Notes: generated by a model from the letters alone, not told the origin. Shown: positions 13,690 through 24,015, numbered from the stretch's first letter. The stretch: 51,184 nucleotides of DNA from an uncultured Candidatus Saccharibacteria bacterium (GCA_964643955.1 CAZXUO010000002.1:110691-161874), one strand, 5' to 3'. Numbers and translations: made by a program.

Positions 13690-14462
13690 GCTGCAGGTTG
13701 ATCAGGAACCTGTGAGACGAGATCAGCGATGATTGAATCCATACCAGCTTGTGTTGCGCCTGTTGAGTCAGTGAAATCTTCAAAGGGATATGCACCAGGG
13801 ACTTGATCGAGAATTTCGTTTCCAGCAATGATGAGCGTGTGTGGTGTACCTTGTCCTCCTGCTTTTTGCGCCTCAAGCACAGCCTGCGTTATTTTTTCAT
13901 CATACTTGCCGCTATTGAAGCAGAGTTCAAAGCGACTCTTGTCGACGCCTGCAGTCTCAGCAAATTCTGGAAGGCGCTTCATGTCGGTTGCTCCGATGTA
14001 GTTTTGGCCGTTGCGCGTCTCGATTGGCTTTTCTGAAAAGACGAGATCAGTAAATGACCAAAATGCAGGCGTACCACCAAGCTCCGCGACGCATTCAGCT
14101 GCGGTCGCGATCTTTGGTGCATTTGGGTGGAGCTGCTGGATTGGGAAATGACGGTAGACCCACGCGACTTTGCCGGTCGTTCCGTATTTCTCGATAATCT
14201 GCTTCATGGTCGTATGGAATTGGCCGCAGAATGGGCAGTCGTAGTCAGAATACTCAACGAGCATGATAGGAGCGTTTGGATTGCCACGAATGTAGTCGGT
14301 TGAATCAACAGGACGGAAATCAATTGCGGCAGCCTCGGGCTGTTCTTCGGTCGTGACCGCTGGCGCAGTATTTTTTCCATTGAGGTAGATTGCTCCTGCG
14401 ATGAGTGCAGCAGCAATCACGATAGCGCCGGGGATGATAAGAGGATTTTGTTTCGTAGGCAT
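13683..14462 (-). CDS. DsbA-family thiol-disulfide oxidoreductase, membrane anchored
   Basis: N-terminal TM, EYSDYDCPFC, YRHFP, cis-Pro motif GTP. Confidence 0.92.
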   Translation of the reverse strand: MPTKQNPLIIPGAIVIAAALIAGAIYLNGKNTAPAVTTEEQPEAAAIDFRPVDSTDYIRGNPNAPIMLVEYSDYDCPFCGQFHTTMKQIIEKYGTTGKVAWVYRHFPIQQLHPNAPKIATAAECVAELGGTPAFWSFTDLVFSEKPIETRNGQNYIGATDMKRLPEFAETAGVDKSRFELCFNSGKYDEKITQAVLEAQKAGGQGTPHTLIIAGNEILDQVPGAYPFEDFTDSTGATQAGMDSIIADLVSQVPDQPAAQ

Positions 14463-14572
14463 AAGGACTGATTACGCTGGTAGTATGCCGAGATTATATC
14501 ATGCGGCGCCGCGGCACGAATATGCTCCGAAATCGGCCTATACGCCTTCGTGATATACTCCCAATAATAGCC

Positions 14573-15382
14573 ATGAGTCTCATCACCGCATCAATTTTAG
14601 GCTTTGTACAGGGAGTCACGGAGTTTCTCCCGATTTCTTCGACGGGCCACCTCATCCTCGCGCGGTCATTTCTTGAGATCGTCGACAGTCATGCGCTCGC
14701 ATTTGATGCAGTCTTACAAATGGCGACCGTGTGCGCGGTCATTGTATATTTTTGGCGCGATTTGTGGACGCTCCTTCAGACATTTTTGCGGTACATCGGC
14801 AGGGCGCCCGTCAACACGCGTGATATTAATCTCGTATGGGCACTTATCATTGGTACCATCCCCGCGGTGGTCGTAGGGCTTTTGCTCGAAGATATGATGG
14901 AAGCGGCTTTCCGCTCGCCACTTCTTGTCGCTCTCGTACTTGTAGTAGGCTCTGGTCTTTTTGCGCTCGCTGAGCTTAGGTACACAAAACGCCCGATGCA
15001 AAAAGAAATTACCATCAAGACGGGTCTCCTTATTGGATTTTTTCAAACGCTTGCGCTTATCCCGGGTATGTCGCGCTCAGGCTCGACGATAGCAGGCGGT
15101 ATGCTGCTCGGACTCTCACGTGTAGAAGCAACACGCTTTGGATTCTTGCTCGCTATTCCCATTATTTTGGGTTCTGGCTTTAAAAAACTTTTTGAGCTCA
15201 TGACCGTGGGTGCGGGTGAGGTCGTATGGAGCGCACTTCTCGGTGGCGCACTCGTCGCATTTCTTGTTGGACTATGCGCGATTCATTTTATGATCAGGTT
15301 TGTGCGAACACACACACTCTGGCCATTTATTTGGTACCGACTCGCACTCGCGGCTTTTGTGGTCGTTGTGCTCTACTACTAG
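14573..15382 (+). CDS. uppP: Undecaprenyl-diphosphatase
   Basis: QGVTEFLPISSTGH and PGMSRSGST motifs; start moved to ATG 14573. Confidence 0.95.
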   Translation: MSLITASILGFVQGVTEFLPISSTGHLILARSFLEIVDSHALAFDAVLQMATVCAVIVYFWRDLWTLLQTFLRYIGRAPVNTRDINLVWALIIGTIPAVVVGLLLEDMMEAAFRSPLLVALVLVVGSGLFALAELRYTKRPMQKEITIKTGLLIGFFQTLALIPGMSRSGSTIAGGMLLGLSRVEATRFGFLLAIPIILGSGFKKLFELMTVGAGEVVWSALLGGALVAFLVGLCAIHFMIRFVRTHTLWPFIWYRLALAAFVVVVLYY

Positions 15383-15384
15383 TA

Positions 15385-15960
15385 TTAAAAAGGAAGGGTG
15401 TGCGTGAGCGCTGATCCTGCGTCATCACTCCATGAAGATGTGTCGATATCAATATCTCGTTTTCGGAGTCCTTCTTTGATGCGCACTTTTCCATTGTCGC
15501 GCGCATATTCAAAAAGTCGTTTCGTAATCTCAACGTCCTTCTGACAATATTTTTTGATGCGGTCGATATCACCTTGTTTCCACCACGCAATGGCTTGAAG
15601 CCCGTTGCCACTTTTTTTGGTGCCGAGTGTTGCTTCGGCGACTGAGTCGAGGCGCACGCGTTTGCCGAATGAATTTTTTATTGATTCGAGAAGGTCAATA
15701 CTGCGGATACTGAAGAGCGATCCCGGATAATATTTATCGAGGATCGGAATATCGAAGTGGTTTGAATTGTAGCCGACAATCGCGTCCGCGTGTTCAAAGA
15801 TAGGCCAGAGACGCTCGAGCTCTGTGTGTCCGACCGTTGTATATGCATCGGTGAGTGAGTCATAGACTGAGGCGACTGAGATGTCGAGCAGTGTTGGTTC
15901 ATTTTTCCCGACCTCCTCAAAGGTATTTTGTGTTTCAATATCAAAAACAACGTAGCGCAT
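15385..15960 (-). CDS. RNase H-like / DEDD 3'-5' exonuclease domain protein (YprB-like)
   Basis: FDIET, GYN..HFD and YCQKDV motifs. Confidence 0.8.
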   Translation of the reverse strand: MRYVVFDIETQNTFEEVGKNEPTLLDISVASVYDSLTDAYTTVGHTELERLWPIFEHADAIVGYNSNHFDIPILDKYYPGSLFSIRSIDLLESIKNSFGKRVRLDSVAEATLGTKKSGNGLQAIAWWKQGDIDRIKKYCQKDVEITKRLFEYARDNGKVRIKEGLRKRDIDIDTSSWSDDAGSALTHTLPF

Positions 15961-15971
15961 GAGTGTTGATG

Positions 15972-17201
15972 CTAGGCGATGCGCGCGATAATTTCTGCGA
16001 GTGTACCTTTTGTTTCTTCGCCAGTTGCCATCGTGCGGAGTGTGTAGGTGTTTGAAGCAACTTCGTCTTCACCGATCACGATTACGTATGGAGTCTTTCG
16101 TTTTGCGGCGCGTTCCATCAGGTCTTTGAGTTTTTTCTCAGAGAAATCGACCGCAACGCGGATGTTCTTTGCGCGGATTTCTTCACGCACCGTGAGTGCC
16201 TTTTCGATGAGCTCGCTTGAGGTCGGAAGGAGCATTACTTGTGGACCGTTGGTGAACATCGGGAGTAGGTTGTGGGTCGTGAGGAAGTCGCGCATCGTCA
16301 CATCTCCGAGACCAAATCCGATCGCAGGAATTGCTTCGCCGCCAAAGAGTGTCGTGAGGTTGTTGTAGCGACCACCGCCGAAGATCGAGCGGTTGTTTTC
16401 TTGCGACGTGTCGAAGATTTCAAAAACGATGCCGTCGTAGTAATCAAAGCCGCGGACGATTGATGGTTTGTATTCGACGTTTGTGATACCGAGCGCGGCA
16501 AGATGCGCGAGGCATGCAGTGAGTCGCTCGCTCTTTAATGCGTAAAGCTCTTCTTCGTTGAAGGGACGTCCGAGGATTTCGGAAGCCTCTTCGTTGAAGG
16601 TGTCGATCTTGTCTTTTCGATCGAGAAGCTTGTACATCTTATGTGTCTGCGCCTCAGAGAGTTTTTGTTCTGCGAAATAGGTGTTGAGGAGCTGGCGGTC
16701 GTTTACATAAATCACAAAATCTTTTTCTTCGGCACCGAAGGCTTTCAAGATGTTATAGGCGAGTGCAATAATCTCGGCGTCAGCGCCTGCATTGTCGACG
16801 CCAAAGATGTCGCAGTTGAGCTGCCAGTGTTCACGGAGGCGGCCACGCTGTGGGCGTTCGTAGCGGAAAAGGTTGGGGATTGAGTACCAGCGGAGTGGGA
16901 AGACGAGATTACGCCGTGCGCCTGCGACCATACGAGCAACGGTTGGGGTCATCTCGGGACGGAGGGTCACCTCGCGGTCGCCGCGGTCGGTAAACGTGTA
17001 GGTCTGCTCGTTGACGATCTCTTCGCCGGTTTTTGCGCGGTAGAGTTCTGCTGGTTCGAGGACTGAGGCATCGTATCGCTCAAAACCATATGACTCGGCG
17101 ACCTTTGACCATGTGTCAAAGATATAGCGTTCAACCGCCATGTCTTCAGGGTAGAAATCGCGGACGCCTTTATAAGGATCGGTTGAAAGTTTGTCGCTCA
17201 T
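15972..17201 (-). CDS. hisS: Histidyl-tRNA synthetase
   Basis: KGVRDFYP, LRPEMT, FRYERPQRGRLRE, RGFDYY, GGGRY; start moved to ATG 17201. Confidence 0.97.
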   Translation of the reverse strand: MSDKLSTDPYKGVRDFYPEDMAVERYIFDTWSKVAESYGFERYDASVLEPAELYRAKTGEEIVNEQTYTFTDRGDREVTLRPEMTPTVARMVAGARRNLVFPLRWYSIPNLFRYERPQRGRLREHWQLNCDIFGVDNAGADAEIIALAYNILKAFGAEEKDFVIYVNDRQLLNTYFAEQKLSEAQTHKMYKLLDRKDKIDTFNEEASEILGRPFNEEELYALKSERLTACLAHLAALGITNVEYKPSIVRGFDYYDGIVFEIFDTSQENNRSIFGGGRYNNLTTLFGGEAIPAIGFGLGDVTMRDFLTTHNLLPMFTNGPQVMLLPTSSELIEKALTVREEIRAKNIRVAVDFSEKKLKDLMERAAKRKTPYVIVIGEDEVASNTYTLRTMATGEETKGTLAEIIARIA

Positions 17202-17248
17202 TAGGGATGATTGTACGGGTAAGCGTGCGTGCTGACAAGGAAAAGCCC

Positions 17249-17890
17249 TTAGGGATATGGCTGCCAAATAGGCTCGAATTTTTCAGCTTCGTGGACGCGC
17301 ATCAGGAAGATCCACGCGCGCTCTATGAAGTGCGCTTCTTGGGGCGCGTTGTCATAGAAGACTTCAGCGAGGAGCCTCTCATAGAGCGCGCGTGGGCGGC
17401 CAAGTATCCGTGATCGGTGCACACCAAAATGCCCACCGCCGTACACTTCTTGTATGCCAGGATACTCGCCGATCATTTCTTTGCACCACGGTCCGTAGGT
17501 AAGGTCGGGATGACCGAGCGGCTTACTTTGCCACTCTCTGAGATTGAAATCAGGATGGGGAGCGCTCTCGCCCCATAGAGATGCGTTAGTCCAGTTTTTT
17601 GTATATCCGTATTTCTGCACGTCTTCGGCAAGCGTTGGAATATCAACATAGTGCTCAAATGGATTTCCTTGGAGAAAGACGACGTGCTCGGGTAAGTGGT
17701 CGTAGTGCTGCCCAATGAACCATAAAAAACTATGAGCTTCACGCCCGACGTTTGGAAGCGGGGTAACAGGATGTGGAAATGAATCGGGAAGTGTCTCGCC
17801 TTTATTTAAGATATGTACGTGAGATAAATCGTTCGTCCATGAAAGATCTTCGTTGTATCGAGCAACGACAAACGTGACTGACGGAAACAT
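17249..17890 (-). CDS. DUF3431-like protein (putative glycosyltransferase-related)
   Basis: VVARYNEDLSW, LPNVGREAHSFL..I..HYD.LP..VVFLQG.PF.H and ERAW motifs. Confidence 0.75.
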   Translation of the reverse strand: MFPSVTFVVARYNEDLSWTNDLSHVHILNKGETLPDSFPHPVTPLPNVGREAHSFLWFIGQHYDHLPEHVVFLQGNPFEHYVDIPTLAEDVQKYGYTKNWTNASLWGESAPHPDFNLREWQSKPLGHPDLTYGPWCKEMIGEYPGIQEVYGGGHFGVHRSRILGRPRALYERLLAEVFYDNAPQEAHFIERAWIFLMRVHEAEKFEPIWQPYP

Positions 17891-17902
17891 AGGTGCGACT
17901 TC

Positions 17903-18478
17903 TTAGGAATGTTCGATCGCAGATTTTATTGCTGCATGACGCTCGGAGAGGAGGTTGTCCGCTGATCGCAAGATGAGTGCTTTGACTTCTTCGGGATGCG
18001 GAATGCCCTTGATGATGAAATCAACTTCTTGGCCGGCGGTCTGCGTGCGGATGGTGCCAAAGCCGAGGAATGTCGCAACGAGGCCGTGTATCTCAATGTG
18101 GACATCTTGAAGGCGCTCGAGACGGAAGCTTGCGGTCGTGCGGCGGAAGAGGCCGAGCTGATTGACCGCGATGATGCGTCGATCAGTGATCGTCCAGACA
18201 TCGAGGTAGTAGTCGGTCCAGGTGTAAAAGAGAATCATCCAAATCACGAGGCCCCATGCAGAGAAGAGAAAGAGTGCGACGGCGTCGGTCTCGGGAAAGC
18301 GTTGTATGAAATCAGCGACAAAGCTCGTCTCATGGAAACCGAGATAGGCGACGAGTGGGATAAAAAATATGACGACAGGTATAAAGAGCTCAGCAAAGAG
18401 AATAAACCAATGCTTGCGCACGACCATGAGTATGTCCTCACCTTCTTCGAGATGTACGCGTTCAGGAAATGTTTGCAT
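17903..18478 (-). CDS. Membrane protein with bacterial PH (bPH_2) domain
   Basis: Two TMs, then W.ITDRRII...IQDV.....G....FLGFG.I..QTAG; start moved to ATG 18478. Confidence 0.75.
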   Translation of the reverse strand: MQTFPERVHLEEGEDILMVVRKHWFILFAELFIPVVIFFIPLVAYLGFHETSFVADFIQRFPETDAVALFLFSAWGLVIWMILFYTWTDYYLDVWTITDRRIIAVNQLGLFRRTTASFRLERLQDVHIEIHGLVATFLGFGTIRTQTAGQEVDFIIKGIPHPEEVKALILRSADNLLSERHAAIKSAIEHS

Positions 18479-18480
18479 AG

Positions 18481-18699
18481 TTAGAGAATAGTGATCAGTG
18501 CAGTCATCATACCGCCGAATGCGAGGAAGACGCCGCACAAATACATGTACGTTGCAGCTTTGTTGGTTGCCTTTTGTTCACCGTATGCGTTCCAGTGATA
18601 GATGACGAAACTTGAAAAGATGGTGGTTATAAGAAGTAGTACAAAAAATGAGAGGAGTGCAATCGCGTCGAAACTCAGTGCGGCGTTTTCCATTGTCAT
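18481..18699 (-). CDS. Small two-TM hypothetical protein
   Basis: Two hydrophobic helices; stop lies 2 nt from the next start. Confidence 0.7.
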   Translation of the reverse strand: MTMENAALSFDAIALLSFFVLLLITTIFSSFVIYHWNAYGEQKATNKAATYMYLCGVFLAFGGMMTALITIL

Positions 18700-18711
18700 T
18701 ATTGTGCCATA

Positions 18712-19479
18712 TTACGCAACTGCTGCGTGCTTGAGGCGGGTATAGCGCGGGACGCCGTACTGGTCGGTGTGGGTCTCGCATGAAATGTAGGGAAGTCGGG
18801 CAGCGATGCGATGGATTTCTTCTCGCTGCTCTGGCTCGTGCTCAATATAAAGGATGCCCGATGGTAGAAGATATGTAGGAGCGTCATTTAGAATCCGCTC
18901 TATGACCTCCATGCCGCCGATGCCGCCGAAGAGTGCTTCGTGTGGTTCGTGTTCAAGAACGCTCGCGTGCGTGTGTTCGCTCCGCGCCGGATCGATGTAG
19001 GGAGGGTTTGAGAGAATTGCGTCGTAGCGGGTATGTGCGGGGATTTCTGCAAAGAGATCGCCACCATATATATGTGTACGTGCTGTGTCGATTCCGTTTT
19101 GGGCGATGTTGTGCGTGATGTCGCCATGGTGGCGCGCGTTGATTTCGCAGAAATCAACGCGCGCCACCGGAAGCATTTTCAAAACCGCAACACCAATGCA
19201 TCCTGATCCTGCGCAGAGGTCGAGCATGTGTACATCTTTTTTAAGTGATTTCAATTCTTGAATTGCACGTTCTACCCAGTACTCCGTTTCGGCACGCGGA
19301 ATGAGTGGTCGCGAATCAAGCGAAATGGTCGTCTCAAGAAATGGTATGTGTCCAATGACATACGCGAGTGGCTCGCCGTTCCTAAGTCGGGCACAGTCTG
19401 CGCGATACGCGTCAGTTTCTATCCCGTTATATTTTTCTTTGAGGAGCCATAGGGCGTCACGGCTCGTATCTTCATGCAT
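18712..19479 (-). CDS. prmC: Release factor glutamine methyltransferase (HemK/PrmC)
   Basis: GEPLAYVIG, LIPRAETE, DLCAGSGCI, NPPY. Confidence 0.93.
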   Translation of the reverse strand: MHEDTSRDALWLLKEKYNGIETDAYRADCARLRNGEPLAYVIGHIPFLETTISLDSRPLIPRAETEYWVERAIQELKSLKKDVHMLDLCAGSGCIGVAVLKMLPVARVDFCEINARHHGDITHNIAQNGIDTARTHIYGGDLFAEIPAHTRYDAILSNPPYIDPARSEHTHASVLEHEPHEALFGGIGGMEVIERILNDAPTYLLPSGILYIEHEPEQREEIHRIAARLPYISCETHTDQYGVPRYTRLKHAAVA

Positions 19480-19514
19480 GAGGTGACTATACGCATTTCT
19501 CTTGGTACACTCAA

Positions 19515-20246
19515 GTGTCTATGGCAGATATGCTCGTTATTAAAGATCTCGTTAAGCAATACGGCGACAAGCGCGCGGTTGACGGTATTTCGCTTTCAGT
19601 TGCGCGCGGAAGTTTTTTTGGACTCCTTGGTCCCAATGGTGCAGGTAAATCTTCGACGATCGGCTGCATCACCGGTACTGCACGTATTACGTCGGGGACG
19701 ATCCTCGTTGATGGTCTTGATGTCGAGAAAGACTATAAGCTCGCACGTACGCGCGTCGGTATCTCACCACAGGAATTCAATGTCGACTTCTTTGGCGTGG
19801 TCTGGAGAATTCTTGATTACAATGCAGGATTTTTCGGCATGCGAAAAGAAGAGCGTCGAACTCGTGTTGAGACCGTCCTTGAGCAGTTTAAGCTCATGGA
19901 GCACAAGGATAAGAAGTTCAATGAACTTTCAGGTGGCCTCAAGCGCCGCGTGATGCTCGCGCGTGCGCTCGTCCACAATCCTGACCTCCTCATCCTCGAT
20001 GAGCCGACCGCGGGCGTTGACGTAGAACTTCGTCACGATCTCTGGCGCTATCTTCAGGAGCTCAATCGCGGTGGAAAAACGATCATCCTCACCTCACACT
20101 ATCTCGAAGAAGTTGAGTTACTCTGCGACGAAATTGCGATTATCAACCGTGGCAAGGTGGTCGCTGAGGGAACAAAGCAAGAGTTTATCAAAGACGGCAA
20201 GACGCTCGAACAGCGCTACTTGGAAATAACAAAAGAGGGATTCTAG
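19515..20246 (+). CDS. ABC transporter ATP-binding protein (YadG-like); ATG 19521 is an alternative start
   Basis: GPNGAGKS, LSGG, ILDEPT, TSH. Confidence 0.95.
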   Translation: MSMADMLVIKDLVKQYGDKRAVDGISLSVARGSFFGLLGPNGAGKSSTIGCITGTARITSGTILVDGLDVEKDYKLARTRVGISPQEFNVDFFGVVWRILDYNAGFFGMRKEERRTRVETVLEQFKLMEHKDKKFNELSGGLKRRVMLARALVHNPDLLILDEPTAGVDVELRHDLWRYLQELNRGGKTIILTSHYLEEVELLCDEIAIINRGKVVAEGTKQEFIKDGKTLEQRYLEITKEGF

Positions 20247-20247
20247 T

Positions 20248-21021
20248 ATGACTATGGGCATCAACTGGGTTGGTTTGTTTACATTCCTGCGCAAGGAAGT
20301 GCAGCGTGTGATGCGTGTTGCGGTTCAGACTATCTTTTCGCCGCTCATTTCGGCGACGCTCTATATATTTATTTTCGGACACGTGATCGGAAGTCGGATT
20401 GATCTCATTGCGGGCGTGCCGTACATCACGTTTGTATTTCCCGGTATCCTCATGATGAACATTATCGGCTCATCGTTTGAGCACACGGCAAGTTCGGTAT
20501 TTATGGGAAAGTTTCTCAAGAGCATTGAAGAGATGCTCGTGTCTCCGTTTTCATACATTGAGATGATTGTTGGTTTCGTGCTCTCTGCCGTCGTGCGTGC
20601 GACGATTGTTTCGCTCGGTATCCTCAGTATCGGTATTCTTTTTGGCGCAGTCGATCTCAACAACATCTGGCTCTTCCTTTTCTACTCGGTTGCGGTCTCG
20701 ACCATCTTTGCGCTCATCGGCATGATCATCGGTCTTTGGGCAAAAGGCTTCGAGCAATTTAGCCTGATCAACATTTTTATCATCATGCCGTTCTCGTTTC
20801 TCGGCGGCATTTTCTACTCGGTCTCAATGCTTCCTGAGAAGGCACAAATCATCGCGCACATCAATCCATTTTTCTATTTCATCGACGGCATTCGTCACGC
20901 GATGATTGGTTACAGCGAAGCAAACACACTCGTTGGTCTCGCGCTTATCTTCGGTCTCATCGCAGTACTTGGTACAACGGTGGTGTATCTTTTCAAGATT
21001 GGTTGGCGCATCCGCGCGTAG
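20248..21021 (+). CDS. ABC-2 type permease (YadH-like)
   Basis: About 6 TMs, FLGGIFY and NPFFYFIDGIR motifs; adjacent to the ATPase. Confidence 0.9.
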   Translation: MTMGINWVGLFTFLRKEVQRVMRVAVQTIFSPLISATLYIFIFGHVIGSRIDLIAGVPYITFVFPGILMMNIIGSSFEHTASSVFMGKFLKSIEEMLVSPFSYIEMIVGFVLSAVVRATIVSLGILSIGILFGAVDLNNIWLFLFYSVAVSTIFALIGMIIGLWAKGFEQFSLINIFIIMPFSFLGGIFYSVSMLPEKAQIIAHINPFFYFIDGIRHAMIGYSEANTLVGLALIFGLIAVLGTTVVYLFKIGWRIRA

Positions 21022-21084
21022 TGTCCACATTTTTTGTGTAATGCGCGTGCAAGTATGCGCACGTTGAGTGCTACACTATATGCG

Positions 21085-22107
21085 ATGGAATCACGCGAAT
21101 CAGTGCGCGCAATTGCTCGTGCACTTTTGACACGAGGAAAGGGAATACTCGCTGCAGACGAAAGTGTCTCAACTATGGACAAGCGGCTTGAGGCCGTGGG
21201 TGCGGGGACGACTCCTGAGATGCGCCGCGAATATCGCGAACTGCTTTTTACCGCGCCCGGCATCGAAGAGTTTCTCTCGGGCGTCATTATGTTTGATGAG
21301 TCGATCCGCTCATCGACCGAAGATGGCACAGCGTTTGCTGATCTTCTGACGGTACGCGGCGTCATCCCCGGAATCAAAGTAGATAAAGGCACCGTTCCTC
21401 TCCAGAATTTTCCCGGAGAGGTCGTCACTGAAGGTCTCGATGGACTCGCCGAGCGACTTGCTGAGTACTACAAAATGGGTGCACGCTTCACGAAGTGGCG
21501 CTCGGTCGTCACAATTGGAAAAGACATTCCGACTCCACAATGCCTTTCGGTAAATGCGGTCATGCTCGCGCGGTATGCGGCGCTCGTGCAGGAAGCTGGT
21601 ATGGTGCCGATTGTCGAGCCTGAGGTTATTCTCCATGGTGACCACTCGATCGAGCGAGCGCAGGAAGTGACTGCTGCGGCACTCAAAACGCTTTTCAATA
21701 CACTTACGGAATACAAAATCGACTTGCCGGGACTTATCTTGAAATCGAGTATGGTACTTGCGGGGGATGGTAATAAGTCGCAATCATCGCCTGAGGAGGT
21801 CGCCGATGCGACACTTCGGACTTTCAGGGACACCGTGCCTTCTGAGGTCGCTGGTATCGTCTTTCTCTCAGGTGGCCAGACCCCAGTGCGGGCAACAGAA
21901 AACCTGCAGGCAATTGCTGTACAGGGCGATCAGCCGTGGAGTATCACCTTTTCGTACTCAAGGGCCATTGAGGAGCCCGTTTTGGCCCTCTGGAAGGGCG
22001 ATAAGGCAAATACTGAGTCTGCTCAAAAGGCGCTCTATCACCGCCTCATGCTCAATGCGCGGGCCCAGACCGGGGATTATGAGCCGAGCTTGGAGAGGCA
22101 GGTTTGA
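21085..22107 (+). CDS. Fructose-bisphosphate aldolase class I
   Basis: GKGILAADES, GIKVDKG, GARFTKWR, PIVEPEV, FLSGGQ, FSYSRA; TACACT 7 nt before ATG 21085. Confidence 0.95.
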   Translation: MESRESVRAIARALLTRGKGILAADESVSTMDKRLEAVGAGTTPEMRREYRELLFTAPGIEEFLSGVIMFDESIRSSTEDGTAFADLLTVRGVIPGIKVDKGTVPLQNFPGEVVTEGLDGLAERLAEYYKMGARFTKWRSVVTIGKDIPTPQCLSVNAVMLARYAALVQEAGMVPIVEPEVILHGDHSIERAQEVTAAALKTLFNTLTEYKIDLPGLILKSSMVLAGDGNKSQSSPEEVADATLRTFRDTVPSEVAGIVFLSGGQTPVRATENLQAIAVQGDQPWSITFSYSRAIEEPVLALWKGDKANTESAQKALYHRLMLNARAQTGDYEPSLERQV

Positions 22108-22123
22108 GACTACGTTGGCATAT

Positions 22124-22156
22124 AAAAAATCGCCCCGATTGTCGGGGCGATTTTTT
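22124..22156. terminator. Bidirectional terminator between the convergent aldolase and rpmG genes
   Basis: AAAAAATCGCCCCGA-ttg-TCGGGGCGATTTTTT. Confidence 0.9.
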
Positions 22157-22328
22157 ACTTCTTTTCTTTGTAAACGGTGTGGGTGCGAGAGACCGGATTG
22201 AATTTCTTGAAAGAGAATTTGCGGTCAGCGAGCTTTCGCTTGTTCTTGGTCGTGTAGTAGACATGACCTTTGCCGACGCCTTGTGCGTCGCCTTCAGATA
22301 CAAGCTTGATGAGTCGGTCTTGTGACAT
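22155..22328 (-). CDS. rpmG: 50S ribosomal protein L33 (Cys-free type), 57 aa
   Basis: MSQDRLIKL...YYTTKNK...KKFNP...H..YKE; ATG at 22328. Confidence 0.93.
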   Translation of the reverse strand: MSQDRLIKLVSEGDAQGVGKGHVYYTTKNKRKLADRKFSFKKFNPVSRTHTVYKEKK

Positions 22329-22408
22329 AACGGGCCAATCGTACCAAATAGAGGGGTTTTCGTCAACGGGCTGTAGAAGCGCCTCTGATGCTCTGTTATG
22401 ATGAGGGA

Positions 22409-22765
22409 ATGCCATATATAAGCCACATTGAGCCATATCTTAAGCATATCGTTATCGGCCTCTCGGTCGCCCTCGTTGCGCTCGGTGCCTACCTTTTCCT
22501 CTTCCCTGATGCACCAGATTTTGTAGATCTTGCGGCTTATGAGGAGGCCCGAAAGACGGGTGAGCTTTCGCATACAGCGCCGCTCCTCCCTTCGTGCGCT
22601 ACGGATATCGATGTCATTGAACAAAGTGGGCAGGTGGAGGAGGTTTCGTTTTTGTGTGCGAGCGAGTCGATGCGGGCAGCCTTTGTGACCGACCTTCGTT
22701 CGCAGTTTGAGTGGGACGTCTCGGTCTTTGAGGAGGAAAAAGTGGTGTTGCGGCGAGCAGAGTAG
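22409..22765 (+). CDS. Hypothetical membrane-anchored protein
   Basis: N-terminal TM helix, two Cys, followed by a terminator. Confidence 0.7.
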   Translation: MPYISHIEPYLKHIVIGLSVALVALGAYLFLFPDAPDFVDLAAYEEARKTGELSHTAPLLPSCATDIDVIEQSGQVEEVSFLCASESMRAAFVTDLRSQFEWDVSVFEEEKVVLRRAE

Positions 22766-22772
22766 TGGATAT

Positions 22773-22811
22773 GAAAATCGCCGCGTGGCCAAAGGCCACG
22801 CGGCGATTTTC
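22773..22811. terminator. Bidirectional terminator
   Basis: GAAAATCGCCGCGTGGCC-aaa-GGCCACGCGGCGATTTTC. Confidence 0.88.
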
Positions 22812-22819
22812 GCTACCAA

Positions 22820-23017
22820 CTAAGCGCGCTGTACGTTTGTTGCAGCTGGGCCCTTAGGACCATTTGCAATTTCAAACGTCACTGCGTCTCCCTCATTGAG
22901 CTCGTCGAATGTCGCACCGTTGACTTCGTTAGCGTGGAAGAAAATATCCTTCTCGCCAGTCTCTGGTGTGATGAATCCGTAGCCGTTTGGGTGCTTTCGG
23001 GCAATAGTGCCTTTCAT
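22820..23017 (-). CDS. Cold-shock protein
   Basis: RNP1 GYGFI, RNP2 DIFFH, GPKGPAATNV. Confidence 0.96.
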   Translation of the reverse strand: MKGTIARKHPNGYGFITPETGEKDIFFHANEVNGATFDELNEGDAVTFEIANGPKGPAATNVQRA

Positions 23018-23147
23018 CGCGTGTTTGACTTAATGTTCTTAAACCAAAACCTCTTCTCCACAAGACGACCATTTCCCTGGGCAAGCGTTTTGTTGCCACC
23101 ATATAACCACACTTCTGGCAAGAAAACAACTACTAGGGGAAAGGTGT

Positions 23148-23993
23148 TCATAACTTCCGGCGCCAGAACCCGACTCGAGGGAGGAGGGGCAGGTGCCAAT
23201 ATCTGCCCATTTTTGTGCGGTGAATCGAGAGCGCGAGGCCCTGCGAGCCGAGTTTTTCTCCGATCGCACCAGCAAGTGTGCGCATGTAGGCGCCGCTCGC
23301 GGAGGTACAGCGGATCCGGAGGATCATCGCGTGCTCGGCGTCGGGGATATTTGTAAAAATCTCTTTCCAGCGCGCGCGAATATCAGTGCGCCTAAAGTCA
23401 GCACCGAGCTTTTTGTTTTCGTCGGTCACTTCAGGTATTGATGAAATCTTTTCTTCAATACATTGTGCGAGTTCGTCTTTCGAGCGGGAGTATATATCGA
23501 TGAGCTTGAGTTTGTAGATCGTCGTGTCGACGGTCGGTATTTCTATTTCATTGAGACGCCCTTCGAGTGTCCACAGGAAGAGCGGTTTACCGTGTACCGT
23601 CTTTGATGAGTAGTGCGGGTAGGGGAGCTTATGAGTGCCGATGAGTGATGCCAGTACTGTTGTTATTTCTTTTTGTGTCGGGATATGCGCAGGAGCTCTA
23701 TGCTCGGCGAGTCCGAGCACGTCGCCGGTGTCTGATGCGTATGAAAGAAGTACTTCAAATTCATATTCTTTGTCGAGTGCGTGATATGAGGATTGTTTTT
23801 TGCACTCTTCTCCAATGAGGACAAGGAGTGCGCCTGAAGCGAGTGGGTCGAGGCGTCCGGCGTATGCCAGCGGGACATCGGTAGCGATGTTTGCGCGCGC
23901 GCGAAATGCCTCAACTGCTGCAAGCGGAGTTTCTCCAACCTGCTTCTCAAGAACGATATATTTTTCTGTAAATACGTGGGTGCTCGGCTTCAT
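23148..23993 (-). CDS. truB: tRNA pseudouridine-55 synthase (TruB family, no PUA domain)
   Basis: YAGRLDPLASG with catalytic Asp, KEYEF, PYPHYSS, GAYMRTLA; ATG 23993 or 23999. Confidence 0.85.
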   Translation of the reverse strand: MKPSTHVFTEKYIVLEKQVGETPLAAVEAFRARANIATDVPLAYAGRLDPLASGALLVLIGEECKKQSSYHALDKEYEFEVLLSYASDTGDVLGLAEHRAPAHIPTQKEITTVLASLIGTHKLPYPHYSSKTVHGKPLFLWTLEGRLNEIEIPTVDTTIYKLKLIDIYSRSKDELAQCIEEKISSIPEVTDENKKLGADFRRTDIRARWKEIFTNIPDAEHAMILRIRCTSASGAYMRTLAGAIGEKLGSQGLALSIHRTKMGRYWHLPLLPRVGFWRRKL

Positions 23994-24015
23994 GCGCATG
24001 TACTATACTACAGAT

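Noticed and set aside
23800-24015. N-terminal extensions in the ORF track (also uppP, hisS, aldolase, rpmG, 30749-31462, 34367-34762)
   Set aside because: They overlap divergent genes or RNA elements; downstream ATGs fit the family starts and the -10 spacing better
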